Source: a candidate division WOR-3 bacterium (lineage in GTDB: Bacteria > Hydrothermota > Tepidihabitantia > Tepidihabitantales > Tepidihabitantaceae). From it: a DNA stretch of 26,479 nucleotides. Of the stretch, positions 15,742-25,829 are shown in pieces (positions within the stretch are counted from its first letter, which is position 1; each line of letters opens with the position of its first letter). Below the pieces are notes generated by a model. It was not told the DNA's origin, made no database searches, and worked only from the letters and a program-made list of their open reading frames with translations. Location of the stretch: assembly GCA_965648935.1 (NCBI GenBank), contig CBFGIY010000031.1:1-26479 (forward strand), read 5' to 3'. The translations under genes were made by a program, and so were the position numbers.

Positions 15742-16590
15742 CTAGATCGGGTACTCGTACACCGGCACGGCCCTGACCTCGCGGTCCGGCCGAAGCCCCA
15801 GCCGCCGCACCGCTCGCTGCATCGCCCGGCCGGCCGCCATCGCCTCAATCCACCTGCTGCCCCGCTCCGCCGCCCGCGCAAGCACAGACTCGCGCATCGC
15901 CTCGACCGCGCGGTCGGTGCCCTCGGCCAGGCTCACACACAGGTCGCGCGGCTCGTAGCGGTGCGGCCGCACTATCAGCAGCCCGGTCAGCCTGCCGCGC
16001 TCGCGCACGCCGAGCGCCTCACCGCGCCGGCACAGCTCGCGCACCTGCCGCGCGCTGGCCGCGCGGAACTGCCAGGTGTGATGCAACAGCCCGTGATTCG
16101 CGGCCAGCTCCTCGCTGCGCGAAAGAAATTCCAGCGCCTCGGCCGGGACGACACGTTCCAGCTCCACCCTGCGCGCCGGCGCTCTGGGCCGGCCGCCGTA
16201 CAGCCGCGACTCGTACAGGCGCCGGAATCCCATCTTCTCGATGATGTGAATCGACTCGTGGTTCACGTCGGCCGTGGCCAGGCGCAGCGATACCGGCCGC
16301 AGGTCCAGCGCCCGCGCAAGGATCGCCCGCGACAGCGCCGTGCCCAGCCCGCGCCCGGTCAGCCGCTGGTCAACGCGCAGACCCTCCAGCCACCACTCGC
16401 CGCGCGCGAACTCGGTCGCCTTGCCGCACCCGACCACCTGCCCGCGCTGAACCCCGACCCAGAACTGCCCCTCGCGCACCCATCGGTCAAAGAAACGCGG
16501 CAGGTAGTCGTGCCCGGCCCATATCTGCGCGCTGATCGCCAGCACCGCGGCCTTGTCCTCAGGCACCGCCGGCCGCACCACTAGCGCCAT
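15742..16590 (-). CDS. GNAT family N-acetyltransferase (282 aa)
   Basis: The likely start is ATG 16590 (MALVVRPA..GHDYLP), overlapping the MATE stop; WWLEGLRVDQRLTGRGLGT is motif A; N..SIHIIEKMGF. Confidence 0.88.
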   Translation of the reverse strand: MALVVRPAVPEDKAAVLAISAQIWAGHDYLPRFFDRWVREGQFWVGVQRGQVVGCGKATEFARGEWWLEGLRVDQRLTGRGLGTALSRAILARALDLRPVSLRLATADVNHESIHIIEKMGFRRLYESRLYGGRPRAPARRVELERVVPAEALEFLSRSEELAANHGLLHHTWQFRAASARQVRELCRRGEALGVRERGRLTGLLIVRPHRYEPRDLCVSLAEGTDRAVEAMRESVLARAAERGSRWIEAMAAGRAMQRAVRRLGLRPDREVRAVPVYEYPI

Positions 16591-17933
16591 TCCACCACCC
16601 GCTCGAGCCAGCGATAGCGGAAGAATCCGACCCCGAGCACCGCGGTTTCCACCACCAGCGACAGCCCGATACCCAGCCACACCCCGACCAGGCCCAGCCC
16701 GGCCGCGCGCGACAGCACGACTGCCAGCGGGATCTTCACCGCCCAGTTCGCGACGAGCGCCGCGGCCATCGGCAGCGCGGTCGAGCCGGCCCCGCGCTGG
16801 ACCCCGGCCCACGCCACGGAAAGCCCGACGCATACCAGCATCGGCGCGAGCACGCGCAGGTAGCCTGTCCCGGCCGCGACCACGCCCGGCTCGGAATTGA
16901 ACACGGCAATCAGCGCGGGCGCGAAGGCGAACAGAAGCGGCAGCACGGCAAGCTGCAGGCCCAACCCGGTGAGGGTGATGCGCCGGCCGTACGAGCGCGC
17001 GAGGTCGGGCCGCCCGGCCCCCAGGCTCTGCCCCGACAGCACCTCGGCCGCCGTGCCCAGTCCCGAAAGGTATATGAACATCACCTCCAGCACCCGCATC
17101 CCGATGCCGAACGCCGCGGTCGCGGCAGTCCCGAAACCGGCCACGATACCGAACATCATCATCCCGGTCAGGGGCCGCGTGATGCCCTGCAACCCCGCGG
17201 GCAGCCCGATGCCCAGCAGGGTGCGAAAAGCCGCCGGCCTCAGCCGGCAGGGCGAAAGCAGCCCGCGCCGCGCCACCAGCCACAGCATCACGCCCAGCCC
17301 GGCGAGTTGCGCGACGACTGTGGCCGTGGCCGCGCCGGTCACGCCCAGCCGCGGCAGCCCCAGCCAGCCGAAAATGAGCAGCGGGTCCAGCGCCGCGTTG
17401 AGCACGTTCGCCCCGGCAATGACATACATCGGCGTGCGCGTGTCGCCCAGCGCCTGAAACATCGTGTAGAGGAGCATTCCGCAGAAGAACCCGGGCGAAG
17501 CCGCCAGCAGCACCCGCAGGTAAGGCCCGCCCTGCGCCACCACGTCGGGCGCGGCGCGAAACAGCCGCACCAGGCCCGGCGCGAACGCCGCCCCGGCCGC
17601 GGCCAGCGGCAGGGAAAACGCCGCGGCCAGCGCGAGCGAATGCCACAGGCTCTCGGCCGCGGTCCCGGTCCGGCCCGCGCCCGCGGCCCGCGCCACGGTC
17701 GCCATCAGCCCGACCGTGAACACCTGCCCGGCCGCGAACAGCACGCCCACCACCGACCCGGCCAGCGCCGTGCCCGCCACCGCGGCCTTGCCCAGCCGCC
17801 CGACCCAGAACAGGTCAACCACGTGCAGGCCGGTGAACAGCAGCGACACCAGCATCACCGGCCAGGCCACGCGCCAGATTGCCCGCCCGGCCGAACCCGA
17901 CAGGTCAACCGCGCTCAGCCGCTCCGAATCCAT
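16581..17933 (-). CDS. MATE family efflux transporter
   Basis: IWRVAWP, VVDLFWVGRLG, QALGDTRTPM, NAALDPLLIFG..LGVTGAATAT, GQSLGAG. Confidence 0.95.
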   Translation of the reverse strand: MDSERLSAVDLSGSAGRAIWRVAWPVMLVSLLFTGLHVVDLFWVGRLGKAAVAGTALAGSVVGVLFAAGQVFTVGLMATVARAAGAGRTGTAAESLWHSLALAAAFSLPLAAAGAAFAPGLVRLFRAAPDVVAQGGPYLRVLLAASPGFFCGMLLYTMFQALGDTRTPMYVIAGANVLNAALDPLLIFGWLGLPRLGVTGAATATVVAQLAGLGVMLWLVARRGLLSPCRLRPAAFRTLLGIGLPAGLQGITRPLTGMMMFGIVAGFGTAATAAFGIGMRVLEVMFIYLSGLGTAAEVLSGQSLGAGRPDLARSYGRRITLTGLGLQLAVLPLLFAFAPALIAVFNSEPGVVAAGTGYLRVLAPMLVCVGLSVAWAGVQRGAGSTALPMAAALVANWAVKIPLAVVLSRAAGLGLVGVWLGIGLSLVVETAVLGVGFFRYRWLERVVEWR

Positions 17934-17957
17934 TGTCCTGCTGATACCGACCCGCGC

Positions 17958-18521
17958 CTACTTCCGCTGGCGCAACTGCACGAGACTGCCGAGCGCGCCC
18001 AGCCCCAGCCACACCCCGACCATCGCCGCGCCGTGCCTGCCGCCCGGCCGCAGCAGGTCAGCGATCGGCCCGGCCGCGCTCCACCCGGCCAACTGGAAAA
18101 GCCCGACCGCGGCCAGCCACGACCCGGCAAAAGCGGTCATAACGCACAGGAGCCACTTCTGCGCTACCAGCGCCACGACCCCGCCGACCAGCGCCGCGCC
18201 CAGCACCCCGACCTGCCCCGGCTCAGACCGCAGCACCACCGCGGCCAACCCCGCAAGGAAAGCACCGGCCAGCGCCCCGAGCAGGAACACGCCCACGCTG
18301 TAGAGGATGAATGCCAGCACCGCCCCGGCCAGCCCCGCGACCCCGCAGAGCACGTAGCGCAGCACCGCGCTCATCCCGGCCACCGCGCCCAGCGCGACCC
18401 AGCACAGCACCGCCCCGGCCGCGAACCCGGTCAGGCCCAGGGCAAACCGCGCGACCCGCTGGCCCCAGAAACACAGCAGCAGCCCCGCGCCCAGGGCGAC
18501 GACCCCGACCGCGATGTTCAC
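17958..18521 (-). CDS. DUF4203/TMEM198-like membrane protein
   Basis: GLLLCFWGQR..GFAAG, TAFAGS, G...Q C-terminus; several transmembrane helices. Confidence 0.8.
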   Translation of the reverse strand: MNIAVGVVALGAGLLLCFWGQRVARFALGLTGFAAGAVLCWVALGAVAGMSAVLRYVLCGVAGLAGAVLAFILYSVGVFLLGALAGAFLAGLAAVVLRSEPGQVGVLGAALVGGVVALVAQKWLLCVMTAFAGSWLAAVGLFQLAGWSAAGPIADLLRPGGRHGAAMVGVWLGLGALGSLVQLRQRK

Positions 18522-18946
18522 CGCGCCCGCCGCTTCGCCGCGGGCATCGCACTCTCATTCAACATCGCCCCTAGCTTATCCTCACCTGCGCCGCGGTCAA
18601 GCCGCTGCCCGACAAGAGCCAGACCGGGACCTCGTCCGCGACTGGCCTCGTCACCCTGACGTTCACCGTGGCTCTGAAACCCGCAATCACGAACTGGCTC
18701 TTCCCCGGCTTGCTCGCGCGGCTGAACTGGCACGTCGCCCTGCCTGCAACACCGTACCTTGTCACCGTGATCGCGCCGCTGTTCAGTCACGCCCTTGCGT
18801 CTGCGCTCGACATTCGGCTCGCAGCGCTCATCGACCTCGCGCACATCACGCGGTTCGCGTCGAAACTCGCCCGCAACCTCGCAGTCGCGCTGAACGGGCA
18901 AGCCAATGGGGTAGTCACTCCCCCCACAACCTGTGGTATGCCATTC

Positions 18947-18980
18947 TCGGCGACACCACTACCGGTAGCGGTGTCGCCGA
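18947..18980 (-). other. 34-nt near-perfect palindrome/hairpin after the large outer-membrane gene
   Basis: TCGGCGACACCACTAC-CG-GTAGCGGTGTCGCCGA; the single mismatch becomes a G-U pair in minus-strand RNA. Confidence 0.7.
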
Positions 18981-19026
18981 CCAGACCCGACGCCATCGGC
19001 GTGAACCGGCAGGGGACTGCGGCCGA

Positions 19027-22000
19027 CTAGAACTGCCCGGTGATGCGGACGGCGAGCAGGTGCGAGGCGGCCGCGCCAAACGGTACGGTCGCGTCGTAGT
19101 CGAACTGAAGATACAAAAACCGCCAGAGGTTGAGGTTCACCCCGGCGCCCGGCGTCGCGGTCAGTGTTACGCCGGCCGCGCCGGTCGAGCGGCTGCCGCC
19201 GAGCCTGCCGCGCAGGTACGACTTCTCCCCCACGCGATACTGCCCCTCGGCCGCGGCCTTCACTTCGCCGCTCTCCAAGTTTGCTCGGATGTAGCGATCG
19301 ACCGCGCCGCGCCAGTTGGCGGTGAGCTTGGAGCGCAACCGGTCAGTCCACGGCCGGTTCCATTCGAAGTAGACGTTGTTGACTTCGGAGCTTGGGTAAC
19401 CCTCGGCCGAGCGCCGGTCCCAGGTCGAGGTGAACCGGCCGGCCCGACCGGGCTCCCAATCGACCTTGACCTTGTCCTCGATTGCCAGCCGCGTGTCGGG
19501 CATCGAGTAGAAGCCGCTGGCGCTCTGGTTGTACTGGCGCCGCGCCCACACCGACAGCCCGCTCGCGGGCGTGAGCTGGACCGTACCCTGCAGGTTCTCA
19601 AGCATCGACACCGATGCCGGCTGGCCCGCGTCCAGCGGCCCGATGGCCAGCCACGGCCGTTCGAATCCCGGCTCAAGACCGCGCAGGTATTCGCTGAAGC
19701 TCGTGCCCGCGCCGACCGAGAAGTTGACGACCGACAGCGCCGCGACCCAGCGCCCCGGCGCGATGTGCAGGTTGTTGAGCTGGGACGCGGACAGATCCAG
19801 CTCGCTCGCCGCGCCGCGGTAGTGCCCGGCAGTGAGGTCGTAGGACCCGGTGTAGTAGAGCCCCGGCACGAGGTCAAGGTTGAGCCGGGCCCGAACCTCC
19901 TCGCCAGACCGAGGCGCCGCACCCGCATCGAGCCGGCCGCGCCGCCACGAGATGTCAACGTTCAGCGGCGTTCCCAGGCTGAAGTTCGCGTCTGCCCCGA
20001 CCTCGATGTTGCCCTCGGTCGTGCCGCCCGGGCGCTCGACCGCGTCGCTGCCCGCGACTGCGTCAAGCCGCGCGCGCGCCCGGCCCCGCTCGATGCCCCA
20101 GCCCAGGCCGGCCTTCAGCCGCCGCTTCCGGTAGTCGGGCACCGCATCGGCCCCGGCGAGTACCCAGCCCGATACGACGCGCAGGTTGGAATAGCCGACC
20201 TTGCCCCACGCGTGGCTCTCCTCTGCCCGCGCGCCCAGCGAATCGCGCAGCCAGTCGCGGTCGTACCTGCCCTCAAGCTTCAGATGCCGCACCGGCTCCA
20301 CCGAAACTCCTGCGCCCGCCCCGTGCTCGAGCCGGCCGTACCTGCGCGCCTCGGCCCCGTACCCGGCAAAGCCCGGCGCATAGCCGCGGTAGTTCGCGCT
20401 GACACTCGCCGGCCCGAACCCGGCGGTCAGGTTCCAGTTCTGGGCCCAGTTGCCCGAGAAGTCGACCGCGGCCTGCGGCGCGACGCGCAGGCTGGCGCCG
20501 CGGCCCAGGCTCGGCTGCCAGCGCGCCGACAGGTGGGCCGCGTTGGTGCTGTCCAGGCGCGTGAACCCGGGCGCGACCAGAAGCCCGGCAGCCGGCTCCA
20601 GTATCGGCTGGCCCGAAGCGAGCAGCCCGCCGCGCCCGCGTGCGACCGATGAGTAGCGCACCTCGACCGCGCTGAACTCGCTCACCGCGTCGTCGCGCGA
20701 AAAAAGCAGCGTGCCCGACGTGTAGTCGACCACGTAGTCGGTGCCGCGCGCCATCGGCTCACCGTCCACCAGCACGGTCTCGCTGTTCTTGACCATCGGC
20801 CGGGCCGAGAGCGCGTAGAACGCCGAGCGCGACTCGTAGCGGCACTCGAGCGTGTAGCGGCTCAGCGTGTCCTCGTAGACCCAGGCCGGGAACGGCCGCG
20901 CCGCCGGGAACGCCAGCCAGCCGAGACGGTTGTCGAGAAACTGCTCGTCAACCCGGCCGTCGCGGTCCATATCCAGCCCGAACCCGGCCAGGTCCAGCGC
21001 AACGCCCAGCGAGTCGCGGATGGTGAGCTCGAAACTGCCCGGCACGATGTTCGGCCCGAGAAAGTAAGCATTCTCCTGGGCCGTGCTCGAATCGCCGGCC
21101 TGCAGAAGGTAATCCTGCCCGCTCAGGCGCAGCGCGACGATGTCGGAATCGCCGCGCTGGGACAGAAACTGAATGACCGCGGCGCGGCGGTCCGTGAAGT
21201 AGTGAACGCCCGGTATCAGCGGGTCGAAGTCGCCCTCGATGCCGGCCACGATGCGATGCTCGGTGTCCGGCCCGTCAGTCGCCGCGCGCCGGTCGTCAAC
21301 GAGAATCGTGTCCGCCTCGCCGGGCAGCGGCACCACGCGCAGGCGATAGCGGACCCGGCGCGCAAAGCCGCGGTCGGGCAGCGTGATGCGCTTCGCGGCC
21401 TTGCGCCCGGCGAAATAGTCGCGCTGCGGCACCGACTGCAGCGCGCCGCCCTGCGCGACCAGGCTGTGCCTTCCGGCGCGCAGCCGCGCCCGGCCCCCGA
21501 GCAGCTGGTGCGCCGGCACGATGCCGTACTCGAAGTAATCCGAGTCCAGCAGCCCGGCATCGGCCCGCGCGAGAATGTCGCGCTCGGCGCCGCGCCAGCC
21601 CGCGCCCCAGGGCACTGTGCCGCGGTCGGTGTCGTCATAGGACAGCCGCAGGTTCCGGCCGGTCTCGTGCTCCGCGGTCAGGGCCAGGTTCAGGTTGCGG
21701 TACTCGCTGCGCCGGCCGAACTCGCCGGGTAGCGAGAGAGAACTCGAGTAGTAGGCCCGGCCGGCCAGCCGCAGGTCGGTCTTCGGCACCAGCCGCAGGT
21801 GCGCGCCGTTGTCGTCCAGATAGACCAGTCCGGCCCCGGCCCGCCCGCGCTCAAGTGCCTCGCTGCGCCACGCGCCTGAGGACTTGTCCAGCACCGCAAC
21901 GCGGTTCGCGCCCAGCGCGTAGGCGAACTGCGCGTCCTCGTAACAGCCGACCAGCGAATCGATCTCGAGCCCGGTCGCCCGGTTCCAGGTGCGCGTGGTG

Positions 22001-22773
22001 CGCTCGGCCCAGTCGAAGGCGACCAGCCCGGCGTCGGTCGCGACCAGCAGGCCCGCGCTGCCCGCCGCAAGGCCGCGCGCCGCGCCGAACTCCGCGTCGC
22101 GGAAACCGACCCACTGCCGCGCCTTGGGGTCAAAGAGCTGCACCCGTCCCCCGGCGACCGCGAACACCGAATCGCCCAGCGCCCTCACGTCCCCGATGTT
22201 GTCAAGGTCGTAGCGCGCGGCCGCGCCGAAAAAGAACAGCCGCGCCGGCGTCGCGAGGATGCGCTCGAACTGGCCGTGCGCGCCCGGCACCGGCTCAAGC
22301 CGCTCGAACTCAGGCAGGTAGCGCCACGCGCCGCTGTCGGTCGCCAGCCAGACCGCGCCGCCCGAGAGCCGCACGTCGCGGCATCGCGGACCGCCCAGGC
22401 TCTCCCAGGTCTCGCTGAACTTGTCGTAGCGGTACAGCCCGCCTGCCGCGGCCGCCCACGCGTAGTCGGCGTCGAACGCGAACCCGCCGACCTCGACCGG
22501 ACCGGGCAGGAGACGCCAGTCGCGCGCCCGCGCATCGGCAACGACCGCGCCCGCCCGTGTCCCGACCCACAGCAGCCCGTCGTCCGAACCGACCGCGCGC
22601 ACCGAGTCGAGCAACCCGGCCGGACCCGCCGCACGGCTCCACGCCCCGGCGCCCCGGTCAAAGGTGTACAGCCCGGACGGCAGTATGAAGTGAACCTGGT
22701 TTGACCCGGCCGCATCAAACACCGCGGGTACCCGCTGGCCCAGGCAGATGAGCAGCAGGATCGAGGCGGCCAG
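19027..22773 (-). CDS. Large outer-membrane protein: beta-propeller-like N-terminus, SprA-like motifs, C-terminal beta-barrel
   Basis: Propeller-type repeats (LWVGT..G, VWLATDSG, LLVATDAGL); SETVLVDGEPMARGTDYVVDYTSGTLLF; alternating beta strands ending VRITGQF (terminal Phe). The ORF track starts it at 22722; I extended it to the in-frame CTG at 22773. Confidence 0.75.
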   Translation of the reverse strand: MAASILLLICLGQRVPAVFDAAGSNQVHFILPSGLYTFDRGAGAWSRAAGPAGLLDSVRAVGSDDGLLWVGTRAGAVVADARARDWRLLPGPVEVGGFAFDADYAWAAAAGGLYRYDKFSETWESLGGPRCRDVRLSGGAVWLATDSGAWRYLPEFERLEPVPGAHGQFERILATPARLFFFGAAARYDLDNIGDVRALGDSVFAVAGGRVQLFDPKARQWVGFRDAEFGAARGLAAGSAGLLVATDAGLVAFDWAERTTRTWNRATGLEIDSLVGCYEDAQFAYALGANRVAVLDKSSGAWRSEALERGRAGAGLVYLDDNGAHLRLVPKTDLRLAGRAYYSSSLSLPGEFGRRSEYRNLNLALTAEHETGRNLRLSYDDTDRGTVPWGAGWRGAERDILARADAGLLDSDYFEYGIVPAHQLLGGRARLRAGRHSLVAQGGALQSVPQRDYFAGRKAAKRITLPDRGFARRVRYRLRVVPLPGEADTILVDDRRAATDGPDTEHRIVAGIEGDFDPLIPGVHYFTDRRAAVIQFLSQRGDSDIVALRLSGQDYLLQAGDSSTAQENAYFLGPNIVPGSFELTIRDSLGVALDLAGFGLDMDRDGRVDEQFLDNRLGWLAFPAARPFPAWVYEDTLSRYTLECRYESRSAFYALSARPMVKNSETVLVDGEPMARGTDYVVDYTSGTLLFSRDDAVSEFSAVEVRYSSVARGRGGLLASGQPILEPAAGLLVAPGFTRLDSTNAAHLSARWQPSLGRGASLRVAPQAAVDFSGNWAQNWNLTAGFGPASVSANYRGYAPGFAGYGAEARRYGRLEHGAGAGVSVEPVRHLKLEGRYDRDWLRDSLGARAEESHAWGKVGYSNLRVVSGWVLAGADAVPDYRKRRLKAGLGWGIERGRARARLDAVAGSDAVERPGGTTEGNIEVGADANFSLGTPLNVDISWRRGRLDAGAAPRSGEEVRARLNLDLVPGLYYTGSYDLTAGHYRGAASELDLSASQLNNLHIAPGRWVAALSVVNFSVGAGTSFSEYLRGLEPGFERPWLAIGPLDAGQPASVSMLENLQGTVQLTPASGLSVWARRQYNQSASGFYSMPDTRLAIEDKVKVDWEPGRAGRFTSTWDRRSAEGYPSSEVNNVYFEWNRPWTDRLRSKLTANWRGAVDRYIRANLESGEVKAAAEGQYRVGEKSYLRGRLGGSRSTGAAGVTLTATPGAGVNLNLWRFLYLQFDYDATVPFGAAASHLLAVRITGQF

Positions 22774-22776
22774 CGG

Positions 22777-24282
22777 CTATTCCTGGATAAAACCGGACGG
22801 CAGGTCCTCGCCGCTCTGCTGGCCGCAGCGCAGTTGGACCTTGTCCTCGGTGATGTAGGAACCGGTGCGGCGGCGCTCCTCGCCCATCCGCCACACCTGT
22901 ATCGCGGCCGGACCGTCAACCGGGCAGCGCGACTCGCAGACGCCGCAACCGATGCACAACCGCTCGTCCACGAACGGCCGCAGTAGCGTCTCGCCGTGAA
23001 TCGTCTCGTTGAACGCCTCGATGGCGTTGTACTGGCAGGCCTCGTCGCAGACCAGGCACACGCGGTTCTGCTCCCACGCGATGCAACGCGCGCGGTCGAT
23101 GACCGCGGTGCCGATGCGCGCGTAGCTCTTCTCCTCCAGCGAGAGGTTGCGTATCGCGCCGGTCGGACAGTGCTGGCCGCACAGGTTGCAGTTCTTCTCG
23201 CAGCCGCCGATGCGCGGCACCAGGTGCGGCGACCACGCACCCTCGACCCCGGCCTCGAAGAGCGCCGGCTGCAGGCCATTCGTCGGGCAGACCTTGTAGC
23301 ACAGCCCGCAGCGCACGCAGGAGTTGAGAAAATCCGGCTCGGGGACGGCGCCGGGCGGCCGGATGAACCGGCCCTGCAGCTTCTTGTGGATCAGGCTGCG
23401 CGCCAGCGGCGCCAGCACCGCGGCCGAACCGATGGCCGCGATAGCCTGCCGGCGCCCGATATCGAACTGCGCCGGCCGCGCGTGAACTCGATAGGCGATC
23501 GCCGAGTCGGGACAGCCGAACCCGCACGCCCCGCAGTCGATGCATTCACCCGAGTCGATGTACGAACGGTCTGAGTCTATCGCGTCGGTCGGGCAGGCGC
23601 GCTCGCAGGCCTTGCAGTGGCGGCATTCGCGCCGCCATGCGAACTTCAGGAGCGCGACCTTGGCCACAAGCGCGTACAGCCCGCCCAGCGGGCAGAGGTT
23701 GCGGCACCAGAACCGCCGCTGGATGAGTCCGAGCGCGAGGATGCCGCCGAACAGCGTAAGCGCCAGCGCCACCTCGGTGTAAGCCGGGCCCGGATGCAGG
23801 CCCTTGGCGAGGTAGGTCCAGGCCGGCCAGAGCGCGACGGTCAGGGTACGCTCGAAAATCACCAGCGGGTCAAGGAAACCGATGAACGACGCGCCCAGCC
23901 CGGCCCCGGCCAGAAGAAAGACCAGTGTCGCGTACTTGCCGTAGCGCAGCCAGCGCGGTCCCCTTGCGCTCCGCCGCGTCGCCGCGTCGAAAAAATCCAC
24001 GGCCGTGCCCAGCGGGCAGACATGGCCGCAGAAGAACCGGCCCAGGACGAGTGTCAGCCCGACCAGCACCAGCGCCGGCAACAGCAGCGTCACGACCGAG
24101 CGGCCCGCGATGCTGGTCACCAGCAGCGCCAGCGGGTCGAACCGCAGGAACAGGTTCTGCGCCCCGGGCGCGACCCCATAGCGCGCCAGCGCGAACAGCG
24201 CCACGAACAGCCCGAGAAACAGGAACTGCACCGCCCAGCGCAGCGCGCGCCACGCCGCCCTCCCGTTCACCCGTTTCGTCAT
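22777..24282 (-). CDS. Membrane polyferredoxin, NapH/MauN-like plus NapG/MauM-like fusion
   Basis: GRFFCGHVCPLG, RFWCRNLCPLG, IRPPGA, many CxxCxxCxxxCP clusters. Confidence 0.92.
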   Translation of the reverse strand: MTKRVNGRAAWRALRWAVQFLFLGLFVALFALARYGVAPGAQNLFLRFDPLALLVTSIAGRSVVTLLLPALVLVGLTLVLGRFFCGHVCPLGTAVDFFDAATRRSARGPRWLRYGKYATLVFLLAGAGLGASFIGFLDPLVIFERTLTVALWPAWTYLAKGLHPGPAYTEVALALTLFGGILALGLIQRRFWCRNLCPLGGLYALVAKVALLKFAWRRECRHCKACERACPTDAIDSDRSYIDSGECIDCGACGFGCPDSAIAYRVHARPAQFDIGRRQAIAAIGSAAVLAPLARSLIHKKLQGRFIRPPGAVPEPDFLNSCVRCGLCYKVCPTNGLQPALFEAGVEGAWSPHLVPRIGGCEKNCNLCGQHCPTGAIRNLSLEEKSYARIGTAVIDRARCIAWEQNRVCLVCDEACQYNAIEAFNETIHGETLLRPFVDERLCIGCGVCESRCPVDGPAAIQVWRMGEERRRTGSYITEDKVQLRCGQQSGEDLPSGFIQE

Positions 24283-24306
24283 TCGGGTTCGAATCCCGGC
24301 TGTCTC

Positions 24307-25227
24307 CTAGACCGCAACAGCCTTGATTCGCATCTTCGCGGTGTCAATTTCGCCCAGACCCAGCTCGCTCGCCGCGACGATGTGCTTCACGCCCCGGCCG
24401 GTGAACGACTTGTTGTACCACTGGGTCAGGCCGACCGCATAGGAATCCACCGCGACCGGGTCGGCCCCGGCCACGACCTTGTCCAGCCGCGCGGTCTTGC
24501 CCGGCCCGCCCGGCCCGCCGCTGGTCAGGGCCCGGGTCGCGTCGATGATTGTCAGGTCCGGTTTGATGACGAGCGCCAGCTCGGCGATGGCCTTGTGCAG
24601 GTTCCTGGTATGCAGGTACCCGCGGTCCCATATCAGCCCCATCAGGTTCTTGAGCCCGAGGCTGACCCCGGTCGCGGAATGGGACTTGGCGGTCGGCAGG
24701 CAGATGAGCTTGTCGGCCTGGCGCGCGGCCCGCGCAATCTTGACCTTCTTCAGCTCGGTCGCGCCCGGTATCGCCACCTCCTCGTACTGCCGCTCCTCGG
24801 CAGGCGTCAGCAGGCTGACCTTCTTCGGGTCGGTGATGGCGCTGTTGATACCGCTGCGGTCGATGCAGAGCTTCGGGTCGGCAATGGTGTGGTCGAGCAG
24901 CACGACCCGGGCCGCGCCCGCCTCGAGGCACAGCTCGACGACCTGTCGGGCGATGCCCGCGCTCGTCGTCGCCCCGCAGTCCGAGTTGGCCGCGAACGAG
25001 ATGTTCGGCTTGATGACGACCTTGTCGCCCGACTTGATGAACTGGCCAATGCCGCCGAGCGCGTCGACCGCGGCCCGGACCAACTTGGCATTGTCGCCCG
25101 AGGCCACCGCGACGGCCGGCCCGGCGGGCTGCTGCGGCTCGGCCCCGAGCAGCCGCCGCGGCAGCAGCGCCGCGGCCGCGATGCCCACGCCGGCCTTGAT
25201 GAAGTCCCGTCTCGTGATTCCGCTCAT
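24307..25227 (-). CDS. DUF362 domain protein with a Tat signal
   Basis: TRRDFIK twin-arginine motif; VVIKPN, ATT, LPTAKSH, SLGLKNLMG, DPVAVD. Confidence 0.92.
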   Translation of the reverse strand: MSGITRRDFIKAGVGIAAAALLPRRLLGAEPQQPAGPAVAVASGDNAKLVRAAVDALGGIGQFIKSGDKVVIKPNISFAANSDCGATTSAGIARQVVELCLEAGAARVVLLDHTIADPKLCIDRSGINSAITDPKKVSLLTPAEERQYEEVAIPGATELKKVKIARAARQADKLICLPTAKSHSATGVSLGLKNLMGLIWDRGYLHTRNLHKAIAELALVIKPDLTIIDATRALTSGGPGGPGKTARLDKVVAGADPVAVDSYAVGLTQWYNKSFTGRGVKHIVAASELGLGEIDTAKMRIKAVAV

Positions 25228-25250
25228 CACCTCACCCCGTCGAGATTCGG

Positions 25251-25778
25251 CTAGTCAACGATTGCCTGGGCCACGTTCAGGCAGAACAGCTTGGCGATGT
25301 CCAGCGCCGCCTGTGTCTTGTCGAGGATGCTGGCCGAAACGTAGAACTCCCCGGCGCGGAAGTCCACGCGCCAGGCGAAGAGAAGCGACTCGTCGATTCG
25401 CGCCTGGGCACCGGGCGGGTTATCGGCCCAGGGCGTCTCCGAGCCGGTCCCGACCACACCGTACACGGCCCGGGCGTTGGTCGAGTCGCCCATATCGAAC
25501 ACCCTCAGCTCAAGCTCCACCGCGTTGCCGCCGACCGTGCCCGAGAAAGTCTGGAACGCGCACTTGACAAACCCGTTGTTGATGTAATCCTCGCCCTCGC
25601 CGTCGATGAGGTCGTAGAGCTGGGCGGCGTTCTCGGCGACGCTCATCGTCCCGGACCGGGCCCAGCCGCTTATCTCGTTGTCGGTCGGCACGAGGTCGAC
25701 GACGTCTTTCTTTGTCGGCCCGGCCGGCTCGCACGCGATTGCGAGCAGCGCCAGCGCCGCGATTGCCAGCTTCCTCAT
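25251..25778 (-). CDS. Lipoprotein, DUF6599-like
   Basis: Lipobox LAIAC; LYDLIDGEGEDYINNGF...VFDMGDSTNARAVY. Confidence 0.75.
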   Translation of the reverse strand: MRKLAIAALALLAIACEPAGPTKKDVVDLVPTDNEISGWARSGTMSVAENAAQLYDLIDGEGEDYINNGFVKCAFQTFSGTVGGNAVELELRVFDMGDSTNARAVYGVVGTGSETPWADNPPGAQARIDESLLFAWRVDFRAGEFYVSASILDKTQAALDIAKLFCLNVAQAIVD

Positions 25779-25795
25779 CCCCGCTCCTCTCTGCT

Positions 25796-25823
25796 CATTC
25801 GCAATTCGACGTTCGCAATTCGC
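25796..25823. repeat. Four 7-bp degenerate repeats
   Basis: cattcgc/aattcga/cgttcgc/aattcgc. Confidence 0.55.
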
Positions 25824-25829
25824 ACATAC

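Noticed and set aside
16591..17646. Long N-terminal extension of the GNAT ORF (634 aa in the track)
   Set aside because: It is an off-frame overlap with the MATE gene and is Arg/Gly/Ala low complexity; the GNAT fold starts at ATG 16590.
18571..18996. Two in-frame minus-strand ORFs separated by one TGA (selenocysteine or readthrough)
   Set aside because: The translation looks like an antisense shadow, the TGA is not in a redox motif, and no family is recognisable.
24283..24308. tRNA T-arm-like sequence TCGGGTTCGAATCCCGG on the plus strand
   Set aside because: No D or anticodon arm, no matching acceptor stem and no CCA. It is the short spacer between two minus-strand genes and contains the AGGAG RBS, so it is probably coincidental.
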